NCBI GenBank assembly: GCA_007128425.1
Contig: SKXL01000093.1
Coordinates: 32,247-96,246 of the forward strand
Origin: Balneolales bacterium
Lineage (GTDB): Bacteria; Bacteroidota; Rhodothermia; Balneolales; Natronogracilivirgulaceae
DNA length: 64,000 bases
Direction of reading: 5' to 3'
Positions within the stretch are counted from its first letter, which is position 1. Every line of letters starts with the position of its first letter. The notes under the pieces are model-generated. The model was not told the DNA's origin. It saw only the letters and a list, made by a program, of their open reading frames with translations, and ran no database searches. Shown here one piece after another: positions 9,113 to 18,320 of this stretch. The position numbers and the translations under genes are program-made.

Positions 9113-10402
9113 TCATGCTACGGCATAAACCGTTTTCTTGCATTTTCTTTCAAATTCCTCGCGGAAGCGGTCTATGGAGTAACGGACAGGCCATGCTGCG
9201 GCATCGGCCAGGGCGCAGATCGTACGGCCTTCCATGCGATGACAGATGGCAAGCAGCAGGTCAAGATCGCGAAGTTCGCCGTCGCCATTCTTGATTTTTC
9301 GAAGTGTTTTTTCAAGCCAACCGGTGCCATCGCGGCATGGTGTACACTGTCCACATGATTCATGGGCGTAGAAATAGGAGATTCTCCAGATCAGATCGAC
9401 CATATCCGTGTCTTCATCCATAACGACCATGCCGGCGGTGCCCATCATGGAACCGGCCTCCCGCAAAGAATCGGCATCCATCGTTACGCCCTCGAGCATA
9501 TCTGCACGCAAGGGTGGTGTTGAAGAGCCGCCGGGAATCAAGGCTTTGAGTTTTTTTCCACCGCGCATGCCACCTGCAACATCATTGATCAGGGTCATGA
9601 TGTTCATTCCTGCCGGGTACTCGTATACGGCGGGACGATTTACATGTCCCGATATTCCGTAAAGTACAGGGCCGGGATGGGTATCAGGTCCAATCCTTAA
9701 ATACCAGTCAGCGCCGTAATTCATCACAAGCGGAACATTGGCCAGTGTCTCAATATTATTTATTGTAGTTGGTCTTCCCCATAAGCCCCGCTGAGCAGGA
9801 AAAGGGGGTTTAACCCGGGGGTAGCCGCGCTTGCCTTCAAGTGACTCCATCAAGGAAGATTCTTCACCGCAGATGTAAGCACCGGCTCCCATGTGGGTAT
9901 ACATATCCACGCTGAAATCGGACCCCTGAACCTTTTTTCCAAGATAGCCCTTTTCATAGGCCTGCTCGATCGCTTTTTGCAGCATCTTTACAAAAGGACG
10001 ATACTCGCCGCGAATGTAGACATAAATCACCTCAACCTGCATGGCATAGGCGGCTATGATGGCACCCTCGATAAACAAATGCGGATTGAACTCGAAAATT
10101 TTTCTGTCTTTAAATGTTCCAGGCTCTGATTCGTCACCGTTGCATGCCAGGTATCGCGGTTTTCCATCAGGTTCCGGCATGAAAGACCATTTGAGTCCGG
10201 CATTAAATCCGGCACCGCCCCGGCCGCGAATATTCGCAGTCTTTACTTCGCTTGTTACATTTTTGGGGCTCCATGTTTCACGGTCTTTCAGAATTTTCCG
10301 CAGTGCCTGATACCCGTTGTTCTTTTCATAGATGGAGATTTCATGCAGGTCTTTAATGGCCGGAAGGAGAAGAGGCTTATATGTTTTCCAGTCGTTGGGC
10401 AT
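9113..10402 (-). CDS. nuoF: NADH-quinone oxidoreductase subunit F
   Basis: FMN/NADH site GRGGAGF, GDESEPGTFKDR, N3 cluster ESCGQCTPCR. ATG at 10402 lies just downstream of the nuoE stop, which ends at 10407. Confidence 0.95.
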   Translation of the reverse strand: MPNDWKTYKPLLLPAIKDLHEISIYEKNNGYQALRKILKDRETWSPKNVTSEVKTANIRGRGGAGFNAGLKWSFMPEPDGKPRYLACNGDESEPGTFKDRKIFEFNPHLFIEGAIIAAYAMQVEVIYVYIRGEYRPFVKMLQKAIEQAYEKGYLGKKVQGSDFSVDMYTHMGAGAYICGEESSLMESLEGKRGYPRVKPPFPAQRGLWGRPTTINNIETLANVPLVMNYGADWYLRIGPDTHPGPVLYGISGHVNRPAVYEYPAGMNIMTLINDVAGGMRGGKKLKALIPGGSSTPPLRADMLEGVTMDADSLREAGSMMGTAGMVVMDEDTDMVDLIWRISYFYAHESCGQCTPCRDGTGWLEKTLRKIKNGDGELRDLDLLLAICHRMEGRTICALADAAAWPVRYSIDRFREEFERKCKKTVYAVA

Positions 10403-10406
10403 CGTA

Positions 10407-10949
10407 TTAATCAGATCCGTTTTCGTGTTGAGGCATTTTGTTGGACTCAAACCCTGGTTGTTTGCCGGCTTTGAGATCTTCGATCAGCTGGTCAACTTTT
10501 TCCCGGGTCAGGTGATTGACGTACTTGTCATTGGTTACCTGCAGCATGGGGGCGTAGGCGCAAGCGCCAAGACATTCTACCGATTGAATGGAAAATTTGC
10601 CGTCCGGTGTGGTTTCACCTGCCTTGATACCCAGTTTTTCCTCCAGGTAGTGTAGTATATCATATCCCCCGCAGATCTGGCAGCTCAAGCAGGTACAGAC
10701 ATCCAGCACATGCTTGCCCATGGGTTTTTCATAAAACTGAGTATAAAATGTTACAACGCCATATATAAGTGCTTCAGGCAGATCCATGGTCTGCGCCACC
10801 AGCTTCTGGACCGACGGGTCGACATGTCCGAACTTATCCTGTGCATACCAGAGCACAGGCAGCACAGCAGCCTGTTTTTCAGGATACTTTGCCGTCAGTT
10901 TTTCAATCTCAGAGAGATCTTTTGCATTAAATGACTTTGTTTCTGACAT
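10407..10949 (-). CDS. nuoE: NADH-quinone oxidoreductase subunit E
   Basis: Thioredoxin-like 2Fe-2S subunit with cysteine motifs VCTCLSCQICG and CLGACAYAP. Confidence 0.9.
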   Translation of the reverse strand: MSETKSFNAKDLSEIEKLTAKYPEKQAAVLPVLWYAQDKFGHVDPSVQKLVAQTMDLPEALIYGVVTFYTQFYEKPMGKHVLDVCTCLSCQICGGYDILHYLEEKLGIKAGETTPDGKFSIQSVECLGACAYAPMLQVTNDKYVNHLTREKVDQLIEDLKAGKQPGFESNKMPQHENGSD

Positions 10950-10951
10950 AA

Positions 10952-12244
10952 CTATTTGTCTGAGTCTCCCATTACCGGATCCAGGCCACCGATTATCACA
11001 ACGGTATCGGCGACCATTTCACCGTCAAGTACCGTTTCAAGTCCCTGCAGATTGCTGAAGGATGGTGAATTTATTTTCAATCGCCATGGGTGCCCCGTTC
11101 CGTCGCTTTGTATATAAAAGCCAAGCTCGCCCTTGGGTGCTTCAATGGCGTGATAGCTTTCAGCACCTGCGGGTGGGCACACCCCCGTATCAGTCATCAT
11201 GAAATCGTGAATCAGTCCCTCCATGGAGTAGTACACCTCATCTTTGGAGGGATAGCTTTTCTTGGCATCATCAACCCTGACTGGACCTTTTTTAGGCATT
11301 TTGTCAAAACATTGTTCAATTATCCTGATTGATTCCGCCATTTCTTCCATTCGGCAATAGTAGCGGGCTAGATTGTCGCCTTCCGTACGGGTTGGTACCA
11401 CAAAATCCATTTCATCATAATGCATGTAGGGTTCGAACGTGCGGATATCGTATGCGATGCCCGTTGCCCTTAGTGATGGCCCTGCAAGGCCAATGGCGAT
11501 GGCCTCTTCGTGATCGATGGCACCAACACCGTTGTTGCGATCCACAAAGATTCGGTTTCTGTCCAGGGTTTTATGCCACCCCTTGAGTTCATCCGGAAAT
11601 TGCTTCACAAACCTGCGAATTTTTTCTACTGCCACCGGTGTGAAGTCATTATTTACGCCTCCGATACGTGAGTGCGAAACGGTAAATCTGTTTCCGGCCA
11701 CTTCATCAAAAATGTCGTATATCTTTTCTCTCTCCCGGAATGTCCACAGGAAATAGGAGAGCGCTCCGGCATCCATAATCATGGTACCAAGCCAAAGAAG
11801 ATGTGAAGAGATCCGTGCCAGTTCACAACAGATCATACGAATGTAGCTTGCCCGTTCAGGAATTTCAATTTTTGTAATGCGTTCGACCGCCATGCAGAGT
11901 GCTACATTATTGCTGTAGGGGGACAGGTAATCCATGCGGTCGGTATAGGGCATGAACTCCTGGTAGGTTTTGTTTTCGGCCATTTTCTCAATACCGCGAT
12001 GCAGATACCCGGTATCCAGCCGGCACTTGGTTATGACCTCGCCATCCAGTTCCATCAAAACCCGGAGCACACCATGAGTTGCAGGGTGCTGGGGGCCCAT
12101 ATTGAGCGTCATCCTTGTGGCCAGGGGATCGCTTTTGTCGATTTCGACTGTTGCATGCTTATCTTCAAGGCTTTTGTATATTGCTTCCTGGTGTTCCCTG
12201 AAGTAGGTTGGTTTTTTCTTTGATATTTGCTTTTCGATTTGCAT
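10952..12244 (-). CDS. nuoD: NADH-quinone oxidoreductase subunit D
   Basis: MNMGPQHPATHGVLR, GYLHRGIEK, and C-terminal VVIIGGLDPVMGDSDK. Confidence 0.95.
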   Translation of the reverse strand: MQIEKQISKKKPTYFREHQEAIYKSLEDKHATVEIDKSDPLATRMTLNMGPQHPATHGVLRVLMELDGEVITKCRLDTGYLHRGIEKMAENKTYQEFMPYTDRMDYLSPYSNNVALCMAVERITKIEIPERASYIRMICCELARISSHLLWLGTMIMDAGALSYFLWTFREREKIYDIFDEVAGNRFTVSHSRIGGVNNDFTPVAVEKIRRFVKQFPDELKGWHKTLDRNRIFVDRNNGVGAIDHEEAIAIGLAGPSLRATGIAYDIRTFEPYMHYDEMDFVVPTRTEGDNLARYYCRMEEMAESIRIIEQCFDKMPKKGPVRVDDAKKSYPSKDEVYYSMEGLIHDFMMTDTGVCPPAGAESYHAIEAPKGELGFYIQSDGTGHPWRLKINSPSFSNLQGLETVLDGEMVADTVVIIGGLDPVMGDSDK

Positions 12245-12255
12245 GGGGAAAGCAG

Positions 12256-12759
12256 TCAGTCGTGATCAGGGGTAGTGTTGGGCATTTCCAGCGATCCCGG
12301 TACACCGAGAAGGGGAAACTCTTTTCTAAGCGGATAATATTTAAAATCTTCGGGCAGAAAAATTCTTCGCAGATCCGGGTGGCCCTCAAAACGGATACCG
12401 AACATATCATATACCTCACGCTCATGCCAGTTTGCACTTTTCCAGATATCGTTGACCGTAGGCAAGAGCGGATCCTCTTCATCCACATATACCTTGACAA
12501 AAATTCGCTGCCTGTCGCGCAATGAAATCAGGTGGTAGATGACTTCAAAACGGTCCTCGGAAGTGAACCGGTCGGTTCCAATGATTTCATTCAGGTAAAT
12601 AAAATGAAGCGTATTCTTCAGGAAGCGGCAGGTGTCATAGATTTTGCTCCCGGATATTCGCAGCAGGGGATAGGCCTGCTCCAGGTTCAGTTCTAACAGA
12701 TCGTCACCCAGAAATTCCTTTATGTCCTGCAAAATGCTATCCCTGGTATCGGTGTTCAT
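12256..12759 (-). CDS. nuoC: NADH-quinone oxidoreductase subunit C
   Basis: NuoC 30-kDa-subunit blocks ANWHEREVYDMFGIRFEGHPDLRRI. Position between nuoB and nuoD supports the call. Confidence 0.9.
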   Translation of the reverse strand: MNTDTRDSILQDIKEFLGDDLLELNLEQAYPLLRISGSKIYDTCRFLKNTLHFIYLNEIIGTDRFTSEDRFEVIYHLISLRDRQRIFVKVYVDEEDPLLPTVNDIWKSANWHEREVYDMFGIRFEGHPDLRRIFLPEDFKYYPLRKEFPLLGVPGSLEMPNTTPDHD

Positions 12760-12768
12760 AATGGTTGA

Positions 12769-13251
12769 TTAGCTGTCTAACTTGAGTGATTGCTGCTCTT
12801 TGATCTTGTCCTGAATTTTGAGGATCGCATTGATGATGGATTCGGGACGCGGAGGGCAGCCGGAGATATAATAGTCGACGGGCAGGAAGTTATCGACCCC
12901 CTGTACAACACCATAGCACCGGTGCATTCCGCCGGTGGAGGCGCATGCTCCCATTGCAATACACCATTTCGGATCCGGCATCTGATCCCAGACGCGTCGG
13001 ATCGCATGAGACATTTTGTAGGTGCACCAGCCGGCCACGATCATAACATCGCTTTGCCTTGGTGAGAATCGAAACACCTCCGATCCAAACCGGGCGGCAT
13101 CATATTTAGGGCCGGCAAACGCCATCATTTCAATAGCACAGCAGGCGAGACCCATTGGCATGGGCCAAACCGAATTGGCTCTTCCCCACTTTGTAAGGGC
13201 ATCAATTGTTGTGGTGAAGTAACCTTCACCCATAACACGATCAAGACTCAT
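12769..13251 (-). CDS. nuoB: NADH-quinone oxidoreductase subunit B
   Basis: N2-cluster ligands [24 protein letters not shown]. Confidence 0.95.
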   Translation of the reverse strand: MSLDRVMGEGYFTTTIDALTKWGRANSVWPMPMGLACCAIEMMAFAGPKYDAARFGSEVFRFSPRQSDVMIVAGWCTYKMSHAIRRVWDQMPDPKWCIAMGACASTGGMHRCYGVVQGVDNFLPVDYYISGCPPRPESIINAILKIQDKIKEQQSLKLDS

Positions 13252-13254
13252 AAT

Positions 13255-13662
13255 TCAGGATATATTGTAGCTGGTGTCCTCGTTTTTTTTGTCAGATAAG
13301 GGTGAGGCAGCCCAGTCGAAACTGCCTTTCTTGAGAGTATAAACCAGTCCGAGGAACAATATGAATATAAATAGCATCATGGCCCACAGCGTTCCCGCAC
13401 CGAACTCCTGGTAGCGGACTGCCCAGGGATAGATAAAAATGACCTCGAGGTCAAAAACAATAAATTCCATGGCAATGATATAAAAACTGACAGAATATCG
13501 GTCGCGCGCCTGACCGACAGGATCCATGCCGCTTTCGTATGCGCCAAGCTTGTTGGCCGCAGGCCTGCGTGGGCCAAGCAGCCACGACAAGGCTATGAAC
13601 GCCAAAGCCATGATGATTGCCAGCACGATGAGTAATAAGACAGGTATGTATTGTTCCAGCAT
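13255..13662 (-). CDS. nuoA: NADH-quinone oxidoreductase subunit A
   Basis: Small three-TM protein with AYESGMDP and FDLEVIFIYPWA. ATG at 13662 is preferred over TTG at 13677. Confidence 0.9.
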   Translation of the reverse strand: MLEQYIPVLLLIVLAIIMALAFIALSWLLGPRRPAANKLGAYESGMDPVGQARDRYSVSFYIIAMEFIVFDLEVIFIYPWAVRYQEFGAGTLWAMMLFIFILFLGLVYTLKKGSFDWAASPLSDKKNEDTSYNIS

Positions 13663-13911
13663 TTTTCCTTTACACAAATAAATATGAGGCAGATTTTAGC
13701 CACTAAAATTACTTCCGTTATGCGCTAATGTCAATCAAAACAGTCAATCCATTGTGCTCTTTGATAAAAAAGCCTTTTTCTTGATTTTATTGCGTCCGGT
13801 AAGTTTTGAAAAGGGAAAAGGATTTGAGGGGCATTGATTGTTTAACTATGGAAAAAAAATAGTTACCTTACTTCAATAGATATCAATCGAATTTTTCGAT
13901 CGTTATCAACG

Positions 13912-14589
13912 TTGAAAATACTTGAAAACGGAACCCCAACATGTTATCCGAACTTTCAACCCCTAACATTGTCGGCAGTTTTGAATAAAATTCAGATGGA
14001 CATACTGGGACTCTCCACCAGTCCCAGCAGCGGTGGAGCTTACGCATTGATACTCAATGAAACAGATGGCAAGCGAAGACTTCCCATCATAATTGGAACT
14101 TTTGAAGCACAAGCCATAGCTCTGGAGCTTGAAAATATTAAACCTCCGCGTCCAATGACCCACGATCTGATGCGAAACATCATTCAGAGTTTCAACACAT
14201 TTGTAAAAGAAATATTCATCAACGAGTTGAAAGAGGGTACATTCTATGCCCAAATTGTTTATGAAAATAATGGGCAGACCCTGACGCAGGACTCCAGGCC
14301 AAGTGACGCCATTGCCCTGGCTATCCGATTTAATGCGCCAATTTTCGTTTCAGACCATATTGTAGAGGAAGCCGGCATTGAAACGGATCCCCAGATGGAG
14401 GAAACAGAAGAGGGACCAGCCATGTCCGAAACTCATGACCCGGCCAAATCACAAGAAGAACCTCCGGCAACATCCAGCAGGGAAAGCCGTATCAGAATGC
14501 TTGAAAAGAGTCTGACAGCGGCTGTTGCAGAAGAAGATTACGAAAAGGCTGCAAAAATTCGTGATGAACTGAACCGATTGAAAGGCTGA
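13912..14589 (+). CDS. Bifunctional nuclease (BFN/DUF151) family protein with C-terminal UVR domain
   Basis: BFN core ILGLSTSPSSGGAYALILNETDGKRRLPIIIGTFEAQAIALELENIKPPRPMTHDL, and a UVR-like tail EEDYEKAAKIRDELNRLK. The start is uncertain (TTG 13912 versus ATG 13996). Confidence 0.8.
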   Translation: MKILENGTPTCYPNFQPLTLSAVLNKIQMDILGLSTSPSSGGAYALILNETDGKRRLPIIIGTFEAQAIALELENIKPPRPMTHDLMRNIIQSFNTFVKEIFINELKEGTFYAQIVYENNGQTLTQDSRPSDAIALAIRFNAPIFVSDHIVEEAGIETDPQMEETEEGPAMSETHDPAKSQEEPPATSSRESRIRMLEKSLTAAVAEEDYEKAAKIRDELNRLKG

Positions 14590-14608
14590 GATCCAAACAG
14601 ACAAAACC

Positions 14609-16234
14609 TTGGATATTCGACTTCAGGAATTTAGTCCGCTGCCTTATTCACAGCTGTTCAATGATTATATTGACGGGAATGGCAGCATTGCTTCTTATTA
14701 CTCCCGGAGACACAATTACCAGGCTTTGATGGATGCTGTTACATCCTTTCGTTTCAAGGGCGATCGTATCGAAATGGCCGAACTTATATCCCGTTTTAAT
14801 GCGCAGTTTCCCGGACAGCCGCCAGCCGACAAACTGACCGCAATGCTCTCTGATGAAAAAACGGTTACCATTGCAACCGGACAGCAACTCAGCCTGTTTG
14901 GCGGGCCACTTTACACGATTTACAAGACAATATCGGTCATTCATCTGGCGAAGAGACTCACCCGCGATACAGGCAGACATGTTATTCCGGTATTCTGGCT
15001 GGCTGACGAAGATCACGATTTTGAAGAAATTGCTTCAATAGGTTTACCAGGCAAAAACGGTCTTGATCGGTTTCTACTTCCATGTGATTCCTGTGCCAGA
15101 CATACTGCGGGTAGCATCATCATTGATGAGAATTTTGAATCGTTTCGAAACGATGTATACCAGTCGTTGCAACCAACTGATTTTAGCCGGGAACTGATTT
15201 CACTGCTTGATGAAGCGTATGCGACCGGCCGAACATACCGGGATGCATTTGGATATCTTCTCTCCCGGCTTTTTTCCGATTATGGTCTCATCCTTGCCGG
15301 CAGCAATTATAATGAAGCCAAAAAGTTAGCCAGGTCATGCATTAAAAAAGCCATAACCTGTGCAGGTGAAATTCAGGCTTCTCTTGAAAATCAGAGCCGG
15401 GATCTTTCCGAGAACTATCATCAGCAGGTTCAAATTACCGACAGCCTGCTGTTCTGGCATGACGACAAACACGGCCGTGTCAGACTGAAACATGAAAACG
15501 GCGTCTGGTACAGAGAACCGGGTGTTTCTTACAGTAGTGAAGAGCTCTTGTCTCTATCAGAGTCGCAATCTGAAAGGTTTTCACCCAATGTTTTTTTACG
15601 TCCGATCATCCAGGATACCATTCTCCCCAATGCTGCATATGTCGGTGGTCCGGCGGAAATTGCCTACTATGGTCAGATGAAACCGGTGTACAAGTTCTTC
15701 AACCTGGAGATGCCATTTATCGCCGCACGAATGTCGGCAACATTGGTCGAGCCGGCTATTCAGCGAGCTCAGAATGAGCTTCCTTTTGGATTTCACGACT
15801 ACATGAAGCGGTTTGAGGATCTTGAACAGCACTATCTGAGAAATCAGGGAAACTCTGAAATCGATGTCCATTTTGATACATGGAAGCAGCAGCTGGGGGA
15901 GCTGGCTGATAAGATGGTGGAACAAATTGGAATTACTGATCCCGGACTCCTGAAACATTCAAAAGCGCTGACAAAAGAACAAACGAAGTCCATCGGCAAA
16001 CTTAAAAAAAAGATGTTAAACACGATCCGGCAAAAGGAAGAGGTTCAGACAAACAGGATCAAAAAAGTAAAAAGTGCTTTATTTCCAAACGACAAACTGC
16101 AAGAGCGTGAAATTGCATTTATATATTATATGAACAAGTTTGGACTGGATCTATTCTACCGTATTCTGGATCAACTAAGCAAAGATGAGGAAACAAAACC
16201 GTTGTTCAACAGACATTTGGTAATCAAGCTTTAG
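14609..16234 (+). CDS. bshC: Bacillithiol biosynthesis cysteine-adding enzyme BshC
   Basis: About 540 aa, with N-terminal and overall sequence resemblance to the YllA/BshC family (LFNDYI..., TGQQLSLFGGPLYTIYK, VFWLADEDHDFEE, YVGGPAEIAYYGQ). Confidence 0.85.
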   Translation: MDIRLQEFSPLPYSQLFNDYIDGNGSIASYYSRRHNYQALMDAVTSFRFKGDRIEMAELISRFNAQFPGQPPADKLTAMLSDEKTVTIATGQQLSLFGGPLYTIYKTISVIHLAKRLTRDTGRHVIPVFWLADEDHDFEEIASIGLPGKNGLDRFLLPCDSCARHTAGSIIIDENFESFRNDVYQSLQPTDFSRELISLLDEAYATGRTYRDAFGYLLSRLFSDYGLILAGSNYNEAKKLARSCIKKAITCAGEIQASLENQSRDLSENYHQQVQITDSLLFWHDDKHGRVRLKHENGVWYREPGVSYSSEELLSLSESQSERFSPNVFLRPIIQDTILPNAAYVGGPAEIAYYGQMKPVYKFFNLEMPFIAARMSATLVEPAIQRAQNELPFGFHDYMKRFEDLEQHYLRNQGNSEIDVHFDTWKQQLGELADKMVEQIGITDPGLLKHSKALTKEQTKSIGKLKKKMLNTIRQKEEVQTNRIKKVKSALFPNDKLQEREIAFIYYMNKFGLDLFYRILDQLSKDEETKPLFNRHLVIKL

Positions 16235-16281
16235 ATTTCGAAACTTTAGGTCAAAGCTACATTAAAAGAAAGGTTTGATGT

Positions 16282-16848
16282 ATGATGCGCAATGTGTTAC
16301 GAAAGTCTATCATCGATCAGCGCAGCCGGATGAGTACATCGGAACTTCACAGGCTTGGAAACCGAATTGCGGAGTGGGTATTGTCTTCAATATGGTATCA
16401 TGAGGCTCATAGTGTTCACTGCTTTTTTGGAGTTGTAAGTAAAGGGGAGATACCAACTCAAAATATTCTGGAAGATATACTGGCGAAGGAAAAATATCTG
16501 GTAATGCCCAGAGTCATTGGAAAGAACGGGGAAATGGAGCATATCAGGGTACGCAGTCTGGACTCACTTCGAGTGGGTCTGTGGGGTATTCCGCAGCCTT
16601 CGGGAAGTGAGTCCGTGGAAAGTGGAAGCTTGGATCTGATCCTTGTTCCCGGTCTTGCAGCTGATCGAAATGGAAACAGAATTGGCTATGGGAAAGGGTA
16701 TTACGATCGTTTTTTAAGATCAGTGACTCATGCAAAAAAAGTCATGCTGCTGCCCGGAGCCTTTCTCATGGATCAGGTTCCGGTTAAAGAACATGATGTG
16801 CCGGTGGATACAGTGGTGACTGAAACGGGTATAATCCATTGTCGCTAA
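16282..16848 (+). CDS. 5-formyltetrahydrofolate cyclo-ligase
   Basis: Family length (~190 aa) and the signature GYGKGYYDRFL, with LILVPGLAADRNGNRIG. Confidence 0.85.
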   Translation: MMRNVLRKSIIDQRSRMSTSELHRLGNRIAEWVLSSIWYHEAHSVHCFFGVVSKGEIPTQNILEDILAKEKYLVMPRVIGKNGEMEHIRVRSLDSLRVGLWGIPQPSGSESVESGSLDLILVPGLAADRNGNRIGYGKGYYDRFLRSVTHAKKVMLLPGAFLMDQVPVKEHDVPVDTVVTETGIIHCR

Positions 16849-16967
16849 GTATTATGTGCCTGCTTATATAACACAACCAGGGTGATGTCGAAATTAACCA
16901 GAAACAATTGTTATGACCATTCGTATGCTCCAATAAAGGTTTGCATTCAATAAAATTTTAGAAAACG

Positions 16968-17675
16968 ATGAAATCAAGTTACACCAGAAGCCATTTAAGG
17001 AATCATCTTGACGAATCCGGTCACATGACAGATAATGAATTTGATTATATGCGATCGGAGTATGTAAATGACAATAATGATGCAACTGGCAAGGGAAAAT
17101 TTGCCAGGGGAGCAGGTATCATTATTCTGCTGCTTGCGGTACTGTTTATCATTCAACGGTTCTTTATTCCAATCGGACCCGACCTGTCATCGATTTTACG
17201 AGTGATACCATTGACCGGAGCTATCCTGGTTATCGTGATCGGATTGGGACTGCTCACTCAAATGAGATCACGCAGGAAGGACAGCTATCGTAACGAAGAC
17301 GTTTACATGGCAGATGATAACCTGAATACCAGTTCATTTGAGTATGCAAGTGAAGAAAAGAGCAAGCCGCCCCATGGTGATAAAAGTGGCCATGCAAAGA
17401 AAAGTCAGGAAGAGGGACAGGACCCGAACAGGGCTGAGAATTTGTGTGATGACGCTGATCGTTTTGGATTTGAAACCAGTAAAAGGTGGTTTCGTTCACG
17501 GGAGGAAAAGATGCTGTTTGGTGTTTGCGGAGGGCTGGCTGAACGATTTGATATGGATCCTACCATAGTGAGGGCATTATTTGCATTGGCTTTTTTAAGT
17601 TACGGATTCAGTTTAGTACTTTATATCGTTTTAGCTGTGATATTGCCAAAGAAGCCACAGCACAGTCTTTTGTAA
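16968..17675 (+). CDS. PspC domain-containing membrane protein
   Basis: C-terminal PspC motif MLFGVCGGLAERFDMDPTIVRALFAL followed by a TM helix, plus two central TM helices. Confidence 0.7.
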   Translation: MKSSYTRSHLRNHLDESGHMTDNEFDYMRSEYVNDNNDATGKGKFARGAGIIILLLAVLFIIQRFFIPIGPDLSSILRVIPLTGAILVIVIGLGLLTQMRSRRKDSYRNEDVYMADDNLNTSSFEYASEEKSKPPHGDKSGHAKKSQEEGQDPNRAENLCDDADRFGFETSKRWFRSREEKMLFGVCGGLAERFDMDPTIVRALFALAFLSYGFSLVLYIVLAVILPKKPQHSLL

Positions 17676-17705
17676 ACATCCATAGCCAAACAGTTTAACT
17701 CAAAC

Positions 17706-18320
17706 GTGCTTATTTCATTTGAAGGTATTGATGGGAGCGGTAAATCCACGCAAATCGATAAAGTCAAAACCTATTTGACAGACAAGGGATACGATGTGCA
17801 TGTGTTTCGTGAACCTGGTGGAACTCCTCTTTCGGAACAGATTCGGGATATATTACTAAAAAGCAGGGATGAAATTCATCCTTTGGCCGAATCACTGCTG
17901 TTTTCAGCTGCACGAGCACAACTGGTTGCGACACGCATTCGACCGCTTCTTGATGCCGGTGCCATTGTGATCCTGGACCGGTTTTTTGATTCGACCACAG
18001 CATATCAGGGCTATGGCCGAAAGGCCATTCCAGTAAAAGACATTGAGCAGTTGAACACACTATCAACGCAAAATCTGAAGCCGGACCTTACAATTTACCT
18101 TAAACTCGATCCCTTACAAGCTTCAAAACGACGAAAAAAAGTCCGGGTTGAGGATCGCATGGAACGTGCCGGCGTAGAATTTTTCAAGCGCGTCAGCGAG
18201 GGCTTTGATCAATTGGCGTTGCGCGAAGAACGAATGGTTGCTCTTGATTCATCGAAGTCGCCCGATGTAACTTTTCGCTCGATAATTGAACATCTGGAGA
18301 AAAAGCTTCCCCTATTGTAA
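17706..18320 (+). CDS. tmk: dTMP (thymidylate) kinase
   Basis: P-loop ISFEGIDGSGKSTQ, DRFFDSTTAYQGYGR. It uses a GTG start. Confidence 0.9.
   Translation: MLISFEGIDGSGKSTQIDKVKTYLTDKGYDVHVFREPGGTPLSEQIRDILLKSRDEIHPLAESLLFSAARAQLVATRIRPLLDAGAIVILDRFFDSTTAYQGYGRKAIPVKDIEQLNTLSTQNLKPDLTIYLKLDPLQASKRRKKVRVEDRMERAGVEFFKRVSEGFDQLALREERMVALDSSKSPDVTFRSIIEHLEKKLPLL

Noticed and set aside
16235-16281. A possible 6S RNA (ssrS) upstream of the 5-formyl-THF cyclo-ligase gene, by analogy with the E. coli ssrS-ygfA operon.
   Set aside because: The intergenic gap is only 47 nt, far too short for a ~180-nt 6S RNA.
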